A program made the translations under genes and the position numbers. The notes beneath the pieces were generated by a model. The model was given only the letters and a program-made list of their open reading frames with translations. It was not told where the DNA came from and ran no database searches. Source: Thermoproteota archaeon (GTDB lineage Archaea; Thermoproteota; Thermoprotei; Thermofilales; B9-G17). From it: 64,000 nucleotides of DNA. Within the stretch, counting starts at the first letter, position 1. Each line of letters opens with the position of its first letter. The DNA is taken from NCBI GenBank assembly GCA_029258885.1, contig JAPDJW010000001.1:1-64000 (forward strand), given 5' to 3'. Positions 20,345 through 29,550 of the stretch are shown here, piece after piece.

Positions 20345-20938
20345 ATGCAGCGAATTAAGCGGGAGGGAATTGTTGTTCCGGGAGATAGGATAGCTGTAAT
20401 AGAGGAGTTTTTTCCAGGAGAAAATACTTACGTTAGTGATGGAAATATATATTCGAAAATTGTGGGTAAACCCGAATATAGCTTGGACGAAAGAATAATT
20501 AGCGTAATTCCCTTGGAAATACGTCATCCCCTTATACCTAGGAGAAATGACATAGTTTACGCCAGAGTTAGGAGGGTTAAGGATTACGTAGCCAGCTTAG
20601 AGATATTCGAAATCGTTAATAAGGGCACTCTCTCCACGCCTTTCTCCGGAATTCTTCACGTCACTCAGGTGAGTAGCACGTACGTGAAAACATTGTTCGA
20701 TGTTATAAGGGCAGGCGACATTGTAAAAGCGAAGGTGTTATCAGACTGGGGGCCACCATATTTCCTGACAATAAAGGGGCGAGAGTTAGGTGTAATATAC
20801 GCTTTATGTGTGAATTGTATGCTTCCTTTAATTAGGAAAGGATATACTTTGATATGCCCCAAATGTAGGTCAGCGTTTAAGCGAAAAATATCGTTCAACT
20901 ACATAAATATCCGCTCATTCTTAGGAGGAGTTATATAA
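20345..20938 (+). CDS. csl4: Exosome subunit Csl4
   Basis: VVPGD, S1 domain, LGVIYA-CxxC..CxxC..KRK. Confidence 0.95.
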   Translation: MQRIKREGIVVPGDRIAVIEEFFPGENTYVSDGNIYSKIVGKPEYSLDERIISVIPLEIRHPLIPRRNDIVYARVRRVKDYVASLEIFEIVNKGTLSTPFSGILHVTQVSSTYVKTLFDVIRAGDIVKAKVLSDWGPPYFLTIKGRELGVIYALCVNCMLPLIRKGYTLICPKCRSAFKRKISFNYINIRSFLGGVI

Positions 20939-21432
20939 TGGAAAAAAGTCTTATTTTTAAATTTTCTAATAATGAATTAACTACATTATTTATAGAAGAA
21001 TTAGAGGAAAACTTAGATGTAGATACTTTTTCAATTAGTGTCAAAGGTAATACCGTAAAAATAACTATAGTAAGCAGAGATAGGAACAAGGTGTTTCATG
21101 CTATGGAGGTAATTAAAGAAACGTATGGAAAGGTAAGAGGCATATTTAGTCGAGATAGAGAGGGCTTATATTCATACCCACTAGAAATACTTTTCAGAAA
21201 TTTCCTAAATCATCCTTTTCCAATCGATATACTTATTGAAATTCTGAAGAAGAGGGGGTATATAGCTTATCTTGATCAAGGCCATTTAAGGACAAACATA
21301 AATTTTTATGAGATTAACGAACTTTTACTAAGAATATTTAAAATTAATCAATCTTTAATTGAGAAAAATATCGACCCATCGACAAGAGAGAAGCTGATTC
21401 TTCAGGCATTTCTTGAGGAATCTGAAAAGTAG
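20938..21432 (+). CDS. Conserved hypothetical protein (DUF2067-like)
   Basis: Position after csl4 and general resemblance. Confidence 0.55.
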   Translation: MEKSLIFKFSNNELTTLFIEELEENLDVDTFSISVKGNTVKITIVSRDRNKVFHAMEVIKETYGKVRGIFSRDREGLYSYPLEILFRNFLNHPFPIDILIEILKKRGYIAYLDQGHLRTNINFYEINELLLRIFKINQSLIEKNIDPSTREKLILQAFLEESEK

Positions 21433-21440
21433 GTGGGACT

Positions 21441-21707
21441 GTGCATGTATTGGAGGAGATATTAAGCGGTTGTAGGAGGCAGATAAGACTAATACGTGTT
21501 CTTCTAATAAGCGAGTATAAGTGGTACAGTCGCTACGAATTAGAAAAAATGACTGGAACGAAGATAGAGAGAAAATTATTGCAAAAGCTTGTTAGGTGTG
21601 GAATATTACAGTACGACGACATAGTAAATAAGTATAGACTAAACAGGGAGAGCGCCATAGTAAACGCATTTAGAAATTTCTTCAGAGAAGTAGGCTATTT
21701 ATTATAA
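21441..21707 (+). CDS. Small winged-helix protein
   Basis: SRYELEKMTG..LQKLVRCGIL..YRLN pattern. Confidence 0.65.
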   Translation: MHVLEEILSGCRRQIRLIRVLLISEYKWYSRYELEKMTGTKIERKLLQKLVRCGILQYDDIVNKYRLNRESAIVNAFRNFFREVGYLL

Positions 21708-22114
21708 TATGGATCACCCTCAATATCCAGTCTACGATCTTTCTCCCTGAAAAATATCACAGAAACGCCTTTTTCTCTCAACTTTCTCCTAAGTTCTACA
21801 TCGTTTGTCGCCACTATTAAACCTAACTTAGTTGCTAACTCAACAATTTTTTGATCAACATCGCCCTCTATCTCTGCATCATTTAATATCACGAGCTTTT
21901 CGCATATCTTTAAGGCCAGCCGCGAAAAACGACCTATCTTCCCTCCCCTCTCTGCAAGTTTCCTTAGTTCTCTGATAGTACTGTATAGTACCACTGGCTC
22001 GTACGATGAATTTAAAAGATCCGCTATACCTTCGATAATGTTTAAATTATATCTCGCAGGTAACAGCAGAAAATTTGTATCGAATAGAACCCTTAGAGTT
22101 TTCTTTCTCTGCAT
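21695..22114 (-). CDS. PIN-domain nuclease (Fcf1/Utp24-like)
   Basis: VLFDTNFLL, EL, DVD, VATND motifs. Confidence 0.9.
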   Translation of the reverse strand: MQRKKTLRVLFDTNFLLLPARYNLNIIEGIADLLNSSYEPVVLYSTIRELRKLAERGGKIGRFSRLALKICEKLVILNDAEIEGDVDQKIVELATKLGLIVATNDVELRRKLREKGVSVIFFREKDRRLDIEGDPYYNK

Positions 22115-22115
22115 A

Positions 22116-22481
22116 TTAAGCTTCCTTAATTAGTTCACTTATGCTTTTTACTCTACCCTTGGATTTATATACTATCCTTGTTTCTAAGCGAATCGGGTAT
22201 CCTAGTTCATAGAATATGCCATAGAGAGTTACACTATCTAATATCCCACCTAGTTTCCTTTCCAAAATTAACTTCGAAATAGCTAATGCTACTTTTCTCG
22301 CTACTTCGGGGTATTGCTGCTTAGCTTTTTCATAAATTTTCTTGGCCTTGCTATCTAAATGTCTAAGAAAGATCTCCTCGTAATCAATCCTATGCTCCTC
22401 TTTTCTACTCTTAGCTAAGAGTTTCCTCTGTAAGCTAAGCAATTTTTTCATTTTAATTATCTCCAGATCCTTCTCGTCCAT
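22116..22481 (-). CDS. PDCD5-like DNA-binding protein paralogue
   Basis: DLEIIK N-terminus, helical core, ETRIVY tail. Confidence 0.65.
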   Translation of the reverse strand: MDEKDLEIIKMKKLLSLQRKLLAKSRKEEHRIDYEEIFLRHLDSKAKKIYEKAKQQYPEVARKVALAISKLILERKLGGILDSVTLYGIFYELGYPIRLETRIVYKSKGRVKSISELIKEA

Positions 22482-22558
22482 TCAGTCACCTTAGGATGAG
22501 TTCTTTATTATTTAGACTGTATAATAAGTGATAGAGGAAGAAATATTTGTAACGGAGC

Positions 22559-23581
22559 GTGTTTTTCTTTGTGGCTAGACTTTTCGAGATACCGCATGAT
22601 TGCCCCTTAATTGGACACGTGGCATTCGGACTAATAGATAGAGGAACTAATTTAATTCAGATTAGACCTACCTCGCTCTGTAATCTATCCTGTATATTCT
22701 GTTCGGTTGATGCCGGTCCTAATAGCAGAAATAGACAAACCGAATATATCGTGCACTTAGATCATCTAATTCATGAGTTCAGAATAGCTATCAGAGAGAA
22801 GGAATTAAGCCGTGTTCATGCATATATCGATGCAGCAGGGGATCCCATAACATATAGACATCTTGTGGAGCTTGTTCAAGAATTATCTAATATAGAGGAG
22901 GTAGAGACGATCTGTCTGGAAACTCACGGATTCGGGCTTTCTTACCATCTTATAGACGAACTTGAAGCAGCTGGCTTAACTAGGGTAAATTTATCGATTG
23001 ATGCATTAGATGAAGACTTAGCTAGATATATTTCTGGAACACCGGCTTACGACGTGAAGAAAATAGCTGAGATAGCCGAATATATAGCTAAATCGACCGA
23101 GATCGATATCCTCATAGCTCCCGTATGGCTACCGGGAGTTAATGATAGAGAGATAGAGAAGATTATTCGGTTTGCATTAAAAATAGGTGCTGGCAAACGA
23201 GTACCACCCTTAGGTATTCAAAAATATATCGCACATAAGTATGGCAGGAAACCTAAGGGTGTAAGAGAGGTATCGTGGAAGAGGTTCTACGTTTATCTTA
23301 AAAGACTTGAAGAAAAATACAAAGTAAGGTTAATTCTAGATCCTGTTCGGGATTTTAATATAGTGAAATGTAAACCCATACCACTGAGATTTAAGCTCAA
23401 CGAAAAGACCACAGCTAGAATAATAGGGCCCGGGTGGTTGAAAGGACAATGGTTAGCTGTCTCAAGAGGAAGAGTAATAACAGTTATTCCGCCCGGTAGG
23501 CAGGAAGCCCCAGTAGGGTATGAAGTCAAGGTCAAAATAGTTAGAAATAAAGACAACATATACATTGGAGTACTAGACTAA
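22559..23581 (+). CDS. Archaeal radical SAM protein with C-terminal TRAM-like domain
   Basis: CNLSCIFC; GLIDRGTNLIQIRP; GWLKGQW..GRVITV. Confidence 0.88.
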   Translation: MFFFVARLFEIPHDCPLIGHVAFGLIDRGTNLIQIRPTSLCNLSCIFCSVDAGPNSRNRQTEYIVHLDHLIHEFRIAIREKELSRVHAYIDAAGDPITYRHLVELVQELSNIEEVETICLETHGFGLSYHLIDELEAAGLTRVNLSIDALDEDLARYISGTPAYDVKKIAEIAEYIAKSTEIDILIAPVWLPGVNDREIEKIIRFALKIGAGKRVPPLGIQKYIAHKYGRKPKGVREVSWKRFYVYLKRLEEKYKVRLILDPVRDFNIVKCKPIPLRFKLNEKTTARIIGPGWLKGQWLAVSRGRVITVIPPGRQEAPVGYEVKVKIVRNKDNIYIGVLD

Positions 23582-23599
23582 ATTTACAAAATTGTTTTA

Positions 23600-23685
23600 C
23601 GCCGGGGGTGGGATTTGAACCCACGAGGGCCGTTTGGCCCACAGGCTCTCAAGGCCTGCGCCTTAGTCCACTCGGCCACCCCGGC
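23600..23685 (-). tRNA. tRNA-Ser(UGA), no intron
   Basis: GCCGGGG/CCCCGGC acceptor stem, CAGGC-CTTGAGA-GCCTG, long variable arm, G73. Confidence 0.95.
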
Positions 23686-23848
23686 GAAATAAATAACTGC
23701 TGTAAACGCTTATATATCTTCTCCCAATGGAACGTTTTTCTGTTAAGTCATACTCTCTTGGGCGAAAAAAGATAAATTAACTGGAAATGCGGAATTTTGT
23801 AGAGAAAACTTAATTAGTATGCCTGAGTAGTGCTTATAGATATAATAG

Positions 23849-24460
23849 GTGCGGAGTATGAGCGTGGAGGCTGAGGAAATAACCACCTTTGATGGTAAAG
23901 AGGTAAAGCTATTTAATAAATGGTCCTTCAGGGATATAAAGATACGTGATCCCGGATTAAGACGCTATATATCTCTTAAGCCAGTTTATATTCCGCATTC
24001 TGAAGGACGGCATGAGCATGTTAGATTCGGGAAGTCTAAGGTAAATATTGTGGAGAGGCTAGTTAATCAGTTAATGCGCCCTGGTAAAAATGCAGGGAAG
24101 AAACATCTTGCCATAAATATAGTTAAGCATGCTTTCGAGATAATCCATGTCAGAACTGGCGAAAATCCGATTCAAGTACTGATAAGGGCAATTGAAAATG
24201 CAGCACCAAGGGAGGAAACTACCAGAATAGTCTATGGAGGCATTCTTTACCACGTATCTGTTGATATTTCACCGCAAAGAAGGGTAGATTTGGCACTTAG
24301 GTTTATAGCGGAAGGAGCAAGAAAGGCTTCTTTCAATAACCCTAAACCCATAGAAGAAGCCTTGGCCGACGAAATAATTAATACGGCGAACGGCGATCCA
24401 AATTCTTACGCCATTAGAAAGAAAGAAGAGATCGAAAGAATAGCTCTAGCAGCGAGATAA
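23849..24460 (+). CDS. rps7: 30S ribosomal protein S7
   Basis: [39 protein letters not shown]. Confidence 0.98.
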   Translation: MRSMSVEAEEITTFDGKEVKLFNKWSFRDIKIRDPGLRRYISLKPVYIPHSEGRHEHVRFGKSKVNIVERLVNQLMRPGKNAGKKHLAINIVKHAFEIIHVRTGENPIQVLIRAIENAAPREETTRIVYGGILYHVSVDISPQRRVDLALRFIAEGARKASFNNPKPIEEALADEIINTANGDPNSYAIRKKEEIERIALAAR

Positions 24461-24523
24461 AATATCTTCAAAAGTTTAGAATAATAATACTTAATTAATA
24501 TCTCTTCAGATAAAATATCGGTA

Positions 24524-25075
24524 GTGGAGGACATGATCATGAAGAAGCCCCATGCCATCAATGTACTTTTTCAATATGCTATTCTATTAATGTTTGCATT
24601 ACTGCTCATTTTCCATGTTCTCGACATAAATTACTTATTATCTCTACCATTAGGAACTGATATTCCATTAGCTGTTGTATCAAGCTATAGCATGGAGCCC
24701 ACATTACATGTAGGAGATCTACTAGTCATTATAGGATGTAATCCGAAGGACATCAAAGTAGGCGATATAATTGTATACAAGGGCCTCTGGGGAAGTCCCA
24801 TAGTACATAGAGTAATAAATAAGACGCAAATAGATAGCGAATATTACTTTTTAATGAAGGGAGATGCAAACGCTTCCCCTGATCCAGGAATGATCCCTAA
24901 CAATCCATATACATGGTTAAAATCTAGTAAAATAAAAGGAAAGGTTCTTCTTATAATCCCATACATTGGAGTAATATCCCTTTTAGCAAGTAAAGATAAG
25001 TTTCTTTTCTATGCAATAGTATTTCTTTTTCTTATACTATTGATTATCTCGATGATTATGGAGGTTAAAAAGTGA
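24524..25075 (+). CDS. Signal peptidase I (S26, Sec11-type)
   Basis: SSYSMEPTL, PIVHRV, KGDAN. Confidence 0.92.
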   Translation: MEDMIMKKPHAINVLFQYAILLMFALLLIFHVLDINYLLSLPLGTDIPLAVVSSYSMEPTLHVGDLLVIIGCNPKDIKVGDIIVYKGLWGSPIVHRVINKTQIDSEYYFLMKGDANASPDPGMIPNNPYTWLKSSKIKGKVLLIIPYIGVISLLASKDKFLFYAIVFLFLILLIISMIMEVKK

Positions 25076-25941
25076 AAATTGGCATTTTTACGCGTAAAAA
25101 AGTCTTTGATAAAATTGCTAATATTATAGCGAGTATTGTTCGAAGGTGTGAGCAGAAAAAATGCGAAGTGTTGCTAGATGAATTTCTGAGGTCCATGCTA
25201 ATGAACAGTTACGTTAGAGGAAAAATGTATTTTGGGGATCTTAGGGCAAACAGACCCGACATACTCATTACGATTGGTGGGGATGGAACTATTCTTTACG
25301 TAACGAGGTACTTTGATTTTCATCCTCCTCCAATACTTGGAGTAAGCTTTAAATCGCTTGGTTTTCTCTGCGAATTCCCTTTATGCGACCTATTAAAATA
25401 TTTAGATGGTATTATAGAGGGGAAGTTCTGTATTATTAAGAGAAGATTAGGTAAGGTAGTATTAGGGTCGTTTAGAGACTACTTATTAAATGATCTCGTT
25501 ATTTTATCTGGGAGCCATGGTAAACTTATAAAGGTGAAGGTATCCGTAGATGATCATACATTATTCCAAACTAGGCTTGATGGTTTAATTCTTTCGACAA
25601 GTACAGGGTCGTCAGCGCATGCTTTGTCAGCGGGAGGTCCAATTATAGAAGAGGGACTTAATATAGTTGAAGTAGTTCCGATCTGTTCTTTTTCAACTTT
25701 TTTAAGACCTGTGATATTATCTCCTAACAGGAAGGTATCCGTTGAAGTTTTATCAGGAAGTTGCATGGCATTATTAGATGGTGGATTGAGCAGAGTAACG
25801 TTAAAAGCGAAAGATAAATTAACATTTAGGTTATCTAGAAGGAGTATAAAATTTGTAAGTATTGGAAAAAGGGACTTCTACAGGAAAATGACTGAGAGAA
25901 TGATGGGGGATTATTATTTGGATGGAATCATAAAATTTTAA
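25072..25941 (+). CDS. nadK: NAD(+) kinase
   Basis: GGDGT, STSTGSSAHALSAGGP. Confidence 0.92.
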   Translation: MKIGIFTRKKVFDKIANIIASIVRRCEQKKCEVLLDEFLRSMLMNSYVRGKMYFGDLRANRPDILITIGGDGTILYVTRYFDFHPPPILGVSFKSLGFLCEFPLCDLLKYLDGIIEGKFCIIKRRLGKVVLGSFRDYLLNDLVILSGSHGKLIKVKVSVDDHTLFQTRLDGLILSTSTGSSAHALSAGGPIIEEGLNIVEVVPICSFSTFLRPVILSPNRKVSVEVLSGSCMALLDGGLSRVTLKAKDKLTFRLSRRSIKFVSIGKRDFYRKMTERMMGDYYLDGIIKF

Positions 25942-26082
25942 TGGCTTTCTGTGCTTATAGTTAATTAATGTAAAATGAGGTGTACTGGCTAAGTTAATTA
26001 TCCAAGAAAGAGCATAGAGCAGCAGGTTTAAACATAGGTCGGATATTTTAACATTTGAAGGAGTACCATTAGTCAGTAAAGG

Positions 26083-26090
26083 ATATATTA
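26083..26090 (+). promoter_or_regulatory. TATA box for tRNA-Arg(CCU)
   Basis: AAAGG then ATATATTA, ending 23 nt before G26113. Confidence 0.5.
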
Positions 26091-26111
26091 GAGAGAAACA
26101 ATATTTTCACT

Positions 26112-26196
26112 TGGCCCGTGGCCTAGTGGATAGGGCGGCGGCCTCCTAATGCAGGGAGATAGCCGTAGGTCGTGGGTTCGAATCCCACCGGGCCCG
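26112..26196 (+). tRNA. tRNA-Arg(CCU), 12-nt intron 26149-26160, U1:C72 mismatch
   Basis: TGGCCCG/CGGGCCC-G acceptor, GCGGC-CT-CCT-A[intron]A-GCCGT, A20, GTGGG-TTCGAAT-CCCAC. Confidence 0.92.
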
Positions 26197-26415
26197 CTAT
26201 CTGGTACTTATTTTTCTGTGGTCGTATAGTGCTCTTAACATTAGAATATCTCCAACTCTTACAGGTCCTTTCACGTTTCTGACGTATATACGGCCTTTTT
26301 CGGGTCCTTCAAGTACTCTGACCCTCACTTGTGTAACCTCGCCAGCGACACCCGTTCTACCAACTATCTGTATCACTTCAGCGGGTGTTGCATCATCAGA
26401 CACACGTTTAGACAT
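26197..26415 (-). CDS. rps28e: 30S ribosomal protein S28e (divergent C-terminus)
   Basis: [37 protein letters not shown]. Confidence 0.95.
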   Translation of the reverse strand: MSKRVSDDATPAEVIQIVGRTGVAGEVTQVRVRVLEGPEKGRIYVRNVKGPVRVGDILMLRALYDHRKISTR

Positions 26416-26628
26416 GCCTATCCCCAAATGAACTCCCAGCAAGAGACTGATATTCTTTTCGCCTCAATACCAGCCAGACTACTATTTGTATTTATTCTGC
26501 CTTTCACATTTTTCCTTTTTCATCCTAATTGCTACTCATCATCACTCTTTTCTTAACTATTGCTAAACATGATTTCTCGCATAAACGATATTAATGGGTA
26601 TTATAGAGGTTATATATGGTGACGCTTC

Positions 26629-26808
26629 ATGTCAAGAAGAAGACGCCGTGAAGAGGCACCGCCACCTTTGTCAGGAGCTGGACTTATGAGGTTCTTTGAA
26701 GAAGAAATCCGAGGGATTAAAATAAGGCCTGAATACGTAGTTATTTCGGCTTTCATACTCATAGCAACAGTTATATTAGCCCATGCAGGAATATTCACAA
26801 TGCCATAA
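26629..26808 (+). CDS. secG: Protein translocase subunit Sec61-beta (59 aa; below ORF-track cut-off)
   Basis: MSRRRRREEAPPPLSGAGLMRFFEEE..KIRPEYVV plus TM helix; GGTGA SD at 26618. Confidence 0.93.
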   Translation: MSRRRRREEAPPPLSGAGLMRFFEEEIRGIKIRPEYVVISAFILIATVILAHAGIFTMP

Positions 26809-26836
26809 TCCTACTTTCTTAGCTAAATGGTAATGT

Positions 26837-26844
26837 TTATTTTA
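26837..26844 (+). promoter_or_regulatory. TATA-like box for tRNA-Arg(CCG)
   Basis: TTATTTTA ending 23 nt before G26867; register ambiguous by 1-2 nt. Confidence 0.4.
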
Positions 26845-26864
26845 ATCTGATGGCGTAAACATTA

Positions 26865-26952
26865 TTGCCCGTGGCCTAGTGGATAGGGCGGCGGCCTCCG
26901 GTTAATCGTGGGAGATAGCCGTAGGTCGTGGGTTCGAATCCCACCGGGCCCG
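26865..26952 (+). tRNA. tRNA-Arg(CCG), 15-nt intron 26902-26916, U1:C72 and U2:C71 mismatches
   Basis: TTGCCCG/CGGGCCC-G acceptor; body identical to the CCU copy except position 2, anticodon base 36, position 37 and intron. Confidence 0.9.
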
Positions 26953-26958
26953 CTTTAC

Positions 26959-27429
26959 TTATTTAATAGATTCTATAACAACATGTGTAACTGTTTCCTC
27001 TACTCCCTCTATTCTAGATATTTTTCTCAGAAATTCATCTAAATGTGCCTGATTTACTACTATTATTAAATCGATTTCTCCAGTTACTCTATAAATTTTC
27101 TCTACTGGTAGGGCCTTTATCCGTGCATAAGCATGGTTTCTCATTCTAGGCTCTACTCTCACAAGTACAAACACATCAGCTGATTTTACGCCAAGTGCTT
27201 CTAATGCTTTCTCTGTTAAATCTATAAATCCTCGACCTGTTCTAATTAGACCATTTTCTCTTAGTTTCCTCAAGTGGACATTTAATGCTTGTCTAGTTAT
27301 TCCGAGTTCTTTAGCAAGTTCATTTTGAGTCTCAGTTACGGTAAATATCTGCATTGACTTACTCTTTTTCAATAGAAGCTTAAGAAGTTGAAGTTGTTTA
27401 TCGGTTAACCTAAATGATCTTCTTTCCAT
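26959..27429 (-). CDS. Lrp/AsnC family transcriptional regulator
   Basis: HTH (TQNELAKELGITRQALNVHLRKL) plus RAM domain (RVTGEIDLI). Confidence 0.9.
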   Translation of the reverse strand: MERRSFRLTDKQLQLLKLLLKKSKSMQIFTVTETQNELAKELGITRQALNVHLRKLRENGLIRTGRGFIDLTEKALEALGVKSADVFVLVRVEPRMRNHAYARIKALPVEKIYRVTGEIDLIIVVNQAHLDEFLRKISRIEGVEETVTHVVIESIK

Positions 27430-27573
27430 TTATATTCCCCTCTTTTACAAAAGTAAAGAAAGTGATATTAATACTTTTCTATTAGATATGTTATTCAATG
27501 TATTAGACTAGTATATCTTGTAAAAGATATTTGGAAGAGAAGATGATAAAGAAGTTTAAAGAAATACGGAGCT

Positions 27574-27882
27574 TTATCTTAGTTCTATTTCCACTTTAAC
27601 TGATTTAGGCACTCGTACACGCATTAATTGCCTCATGGCTCGCTCGTCAGCAATCATGTCGATAATTCTCTTGTGTATTCTCATCTCCCAGTGATCGAAG
27701 GTATGAGTTCCTTCTCCCGAAGGAGCCTTTCGAACAGTCACTACAAGACGCTTAGTTGGGAGCGGTATGGGACCACGTATTTTTACTCCTGTCTTCTTGG
27801 CTATAGCTTTGATTTCTTCACACACACTATTGAGTTCACTAATTGATGTACTCATTAACTTTATTCTTACGTATCTCGGCAT
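27574..27882 (-). CDS. rps10: 30S ribosomal protein S10
   Basis: [26 protein letters not shown]. Confidence 0.98.
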   Translation of the reverse strand: MPRYVRIKLMSTSISELNSVCEEIKAIAKKTGVKIRGPIPLPTKRLVVTVRKAPSGEGTHTFDHWEMRIHKRIIDMIADERAMRQLMRVRVPKSVKVEIELR

Positions 27883-27916
27883 TACTGTGCACCGTTTTTT
27901 CGCTTAGATTCTTACT

Positions 27917-29215
27917 TTATATTTGGGCTTTCTTTACCTCAGTGACTATGCCTGCTGCAATTGTTCTTCCTGAGTCTCTAATAGCAAATCTTCCCAGTGG
28001 TTCAAATTCGGATCTAAGCTCTACCACTACAGGTTTTAGCGGCTTAAATCTTACTACTGCAAAATCTCCTTGTCTTAGGTATGATGGATGCTCCTCAATA
28101 GTTGCTCCAGTTCTTGGATCTATTTTAGCTATTAACTCTGTGAATCGAACAGGTACTGTTGCAGTGTGTATGTGTAAAACTGGTGTATAGCCCACGCCAA
28201 TAGCCGTTGGATGATAGAATATCCAGATCTTCCCTACAAATTCTTCCGCAACTGTGGGTGGATTATTAGTATGTCCGCATACGTCTCCCCTACGGATTTC
28301 ATCTCTAGCAATACCTTTCACGTTAAATCCAATGTTGTCACCTGGTATTGCCTGGTCCACTCTGCGGTGATGTATTTCTATAGATTTTACTTCACCGACC
28401 TTCTTTGGAGGCATAAATATTACTCTATCACCTGGCTTTAATACTCCTGTCTCAACTCGGCCTACTGGTACTGTACCAACTCCTGTTATGGAGTATACAT
28501 CCTGAATGGGTATCCTGAGGGGCTTATCGACAGGTCTTGGAGGCTCTTCAAAGAGGTCAAGAGCTTCTATCAGTGTGGGTCCCTTGTACCATGGCATATT
28601 AGGACTCCTTTCAACTAAGTTATCACCCTTTAAACCTGAGACAGGGATAAACGGTACTTTCGCAGGGTTATACCTTGCTATTTTCAGTAATTTTGATATC
28701 CCTTGCTTAACTTCCTCATATCTCTTTTGTTCATAATTTACTGTATCCATTTTATTTACTGCTACAACCATTTGTCTAATGCCCATTGTTGAAGCTAGAA
28801 ATATATGCTCTCTCGTCTGACCAGCCGCACTTATACCTGCTTCGTATTCACCTTGCTTAGCCGATACCACTAATATAGCTGCGTCTGCTTGTGATGCGCC
28901 AGTTATCATGTTTTTCACGAAGTCTCTATGACCTGGAGCATCTATTATTGTGAATTCATACTTTTTGCTTTCAAACTTCAGGAATGCAAGGTCAATTGTA
29001 AGTCCTCTTTCTCTTTCCTCTTTAAATTTATCCAAGATCCATGCATACTTCCATGACTCCTTTCCCATTTTCTCTGCCATTTCCTCTATTTCCTTGAACT
29101 TTCTCTTGTCAACTGCACCAGTGAGGTACAGTAGGTGCCCCATCATCGTAGACTTTCCGTGGTCTACGTGACCTATTATTATTAAATTTAACCTAGGTTT
29201 ACGTTGGGACGACAA
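27917..29215 (-). CDS. tuf: Elongation factor aEF1A
   Basis: GHVDHGKST, RGLTID, DAPGH, NKMD. Confidence 0.99.
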   Translation of the reverse strand: MSSQRKPRLNLIIIGHVDHGKSTMMGHLLYLTGAVDKRKFKEIEEMAEKMGKESWKYAWILDKFKEERERGLTIDLAFLKFESKKYEFTIIDAPGHRDFVKNMITGASQADAAILVVSAKQGEYEAGISAAGQTREHIFLASTMGIRQMVVAVNKMDTVNYEQKRYEEVKQGISKLLKIARYNPAKVPFIPVSGLKGDNLVERSPNMPWYKGPTLIEALDLFEEPPRPVDKPLRIPIQDVYSITGVGTVPVGRVETGVLKPGDRVIFMPPKKVGEVKSIEIHHRRVDQAIPGDNIGFNVKGIARDEIRRGDVCGHTNNPPTVAEEFVGKIWIFYHPTAIGVGYTPVLHIHTATVPVRFTELIAKIDPRTGATIEEHPSYLRQGDFAVVRFKPLKPVVVELRSEFEPLGRFAIRDSGRTIAAGIVTEVKKAQI

Positions 29216-29550
29216 GCCTAAGCACCCCTATCGTGTTTAAGAAGATTTTATAACCAATTATTTAAAGTTTTTCGTACATATATAGAGGCTTTTTCGAGTA
29301 ACTTGAACGCATTCCTTATTGTTTTAGCAAAAATATACTTTCTTCTCATATAGCTACTCTTACTTTTCTTATCAAAGTCCTCTAGTCGAATCCAGAACAT
29401 CATACTTTACGCAAGCAAAGGAGTTTTCTTAATTAGGAGGCGTTATTTTTAGACACACGGTGATTTATCTAATAAATTAAGGTATAGTCAAAGGGGTAAA
29501 GATAAATAAGGGGCGTGATTTATAGAATAGAAAGCAACCCCGCCTATTAG

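Noticed and set aside
23600-23685. Possible tRNA-Sec (UGA, long variable arm)
   Set aside because: The anticodon itself is UGA (reads UCA, Ser); Sec needs anticodon UCA and a longer acceptor stem
26443-26570. Box C-like GUGAUGAUGA in the rps28e upstream region (minus strand)
   Set aside because: No convincing terminal D box or identifiable guide; no ORF remnant of L7Ae or L24e
26610-26798. 62-aa minus-strand ORF in the track
   Set aside because: Antisense of the real Sec61-beta gene on the plus strand
29248-29403. 51-aa minus ORF, or C/D-like element with a T-loop-complementary 8-mer, upstream of tuf
   Set aside because: No SD, overlaps the tuf promoter, no closing D box, match too short
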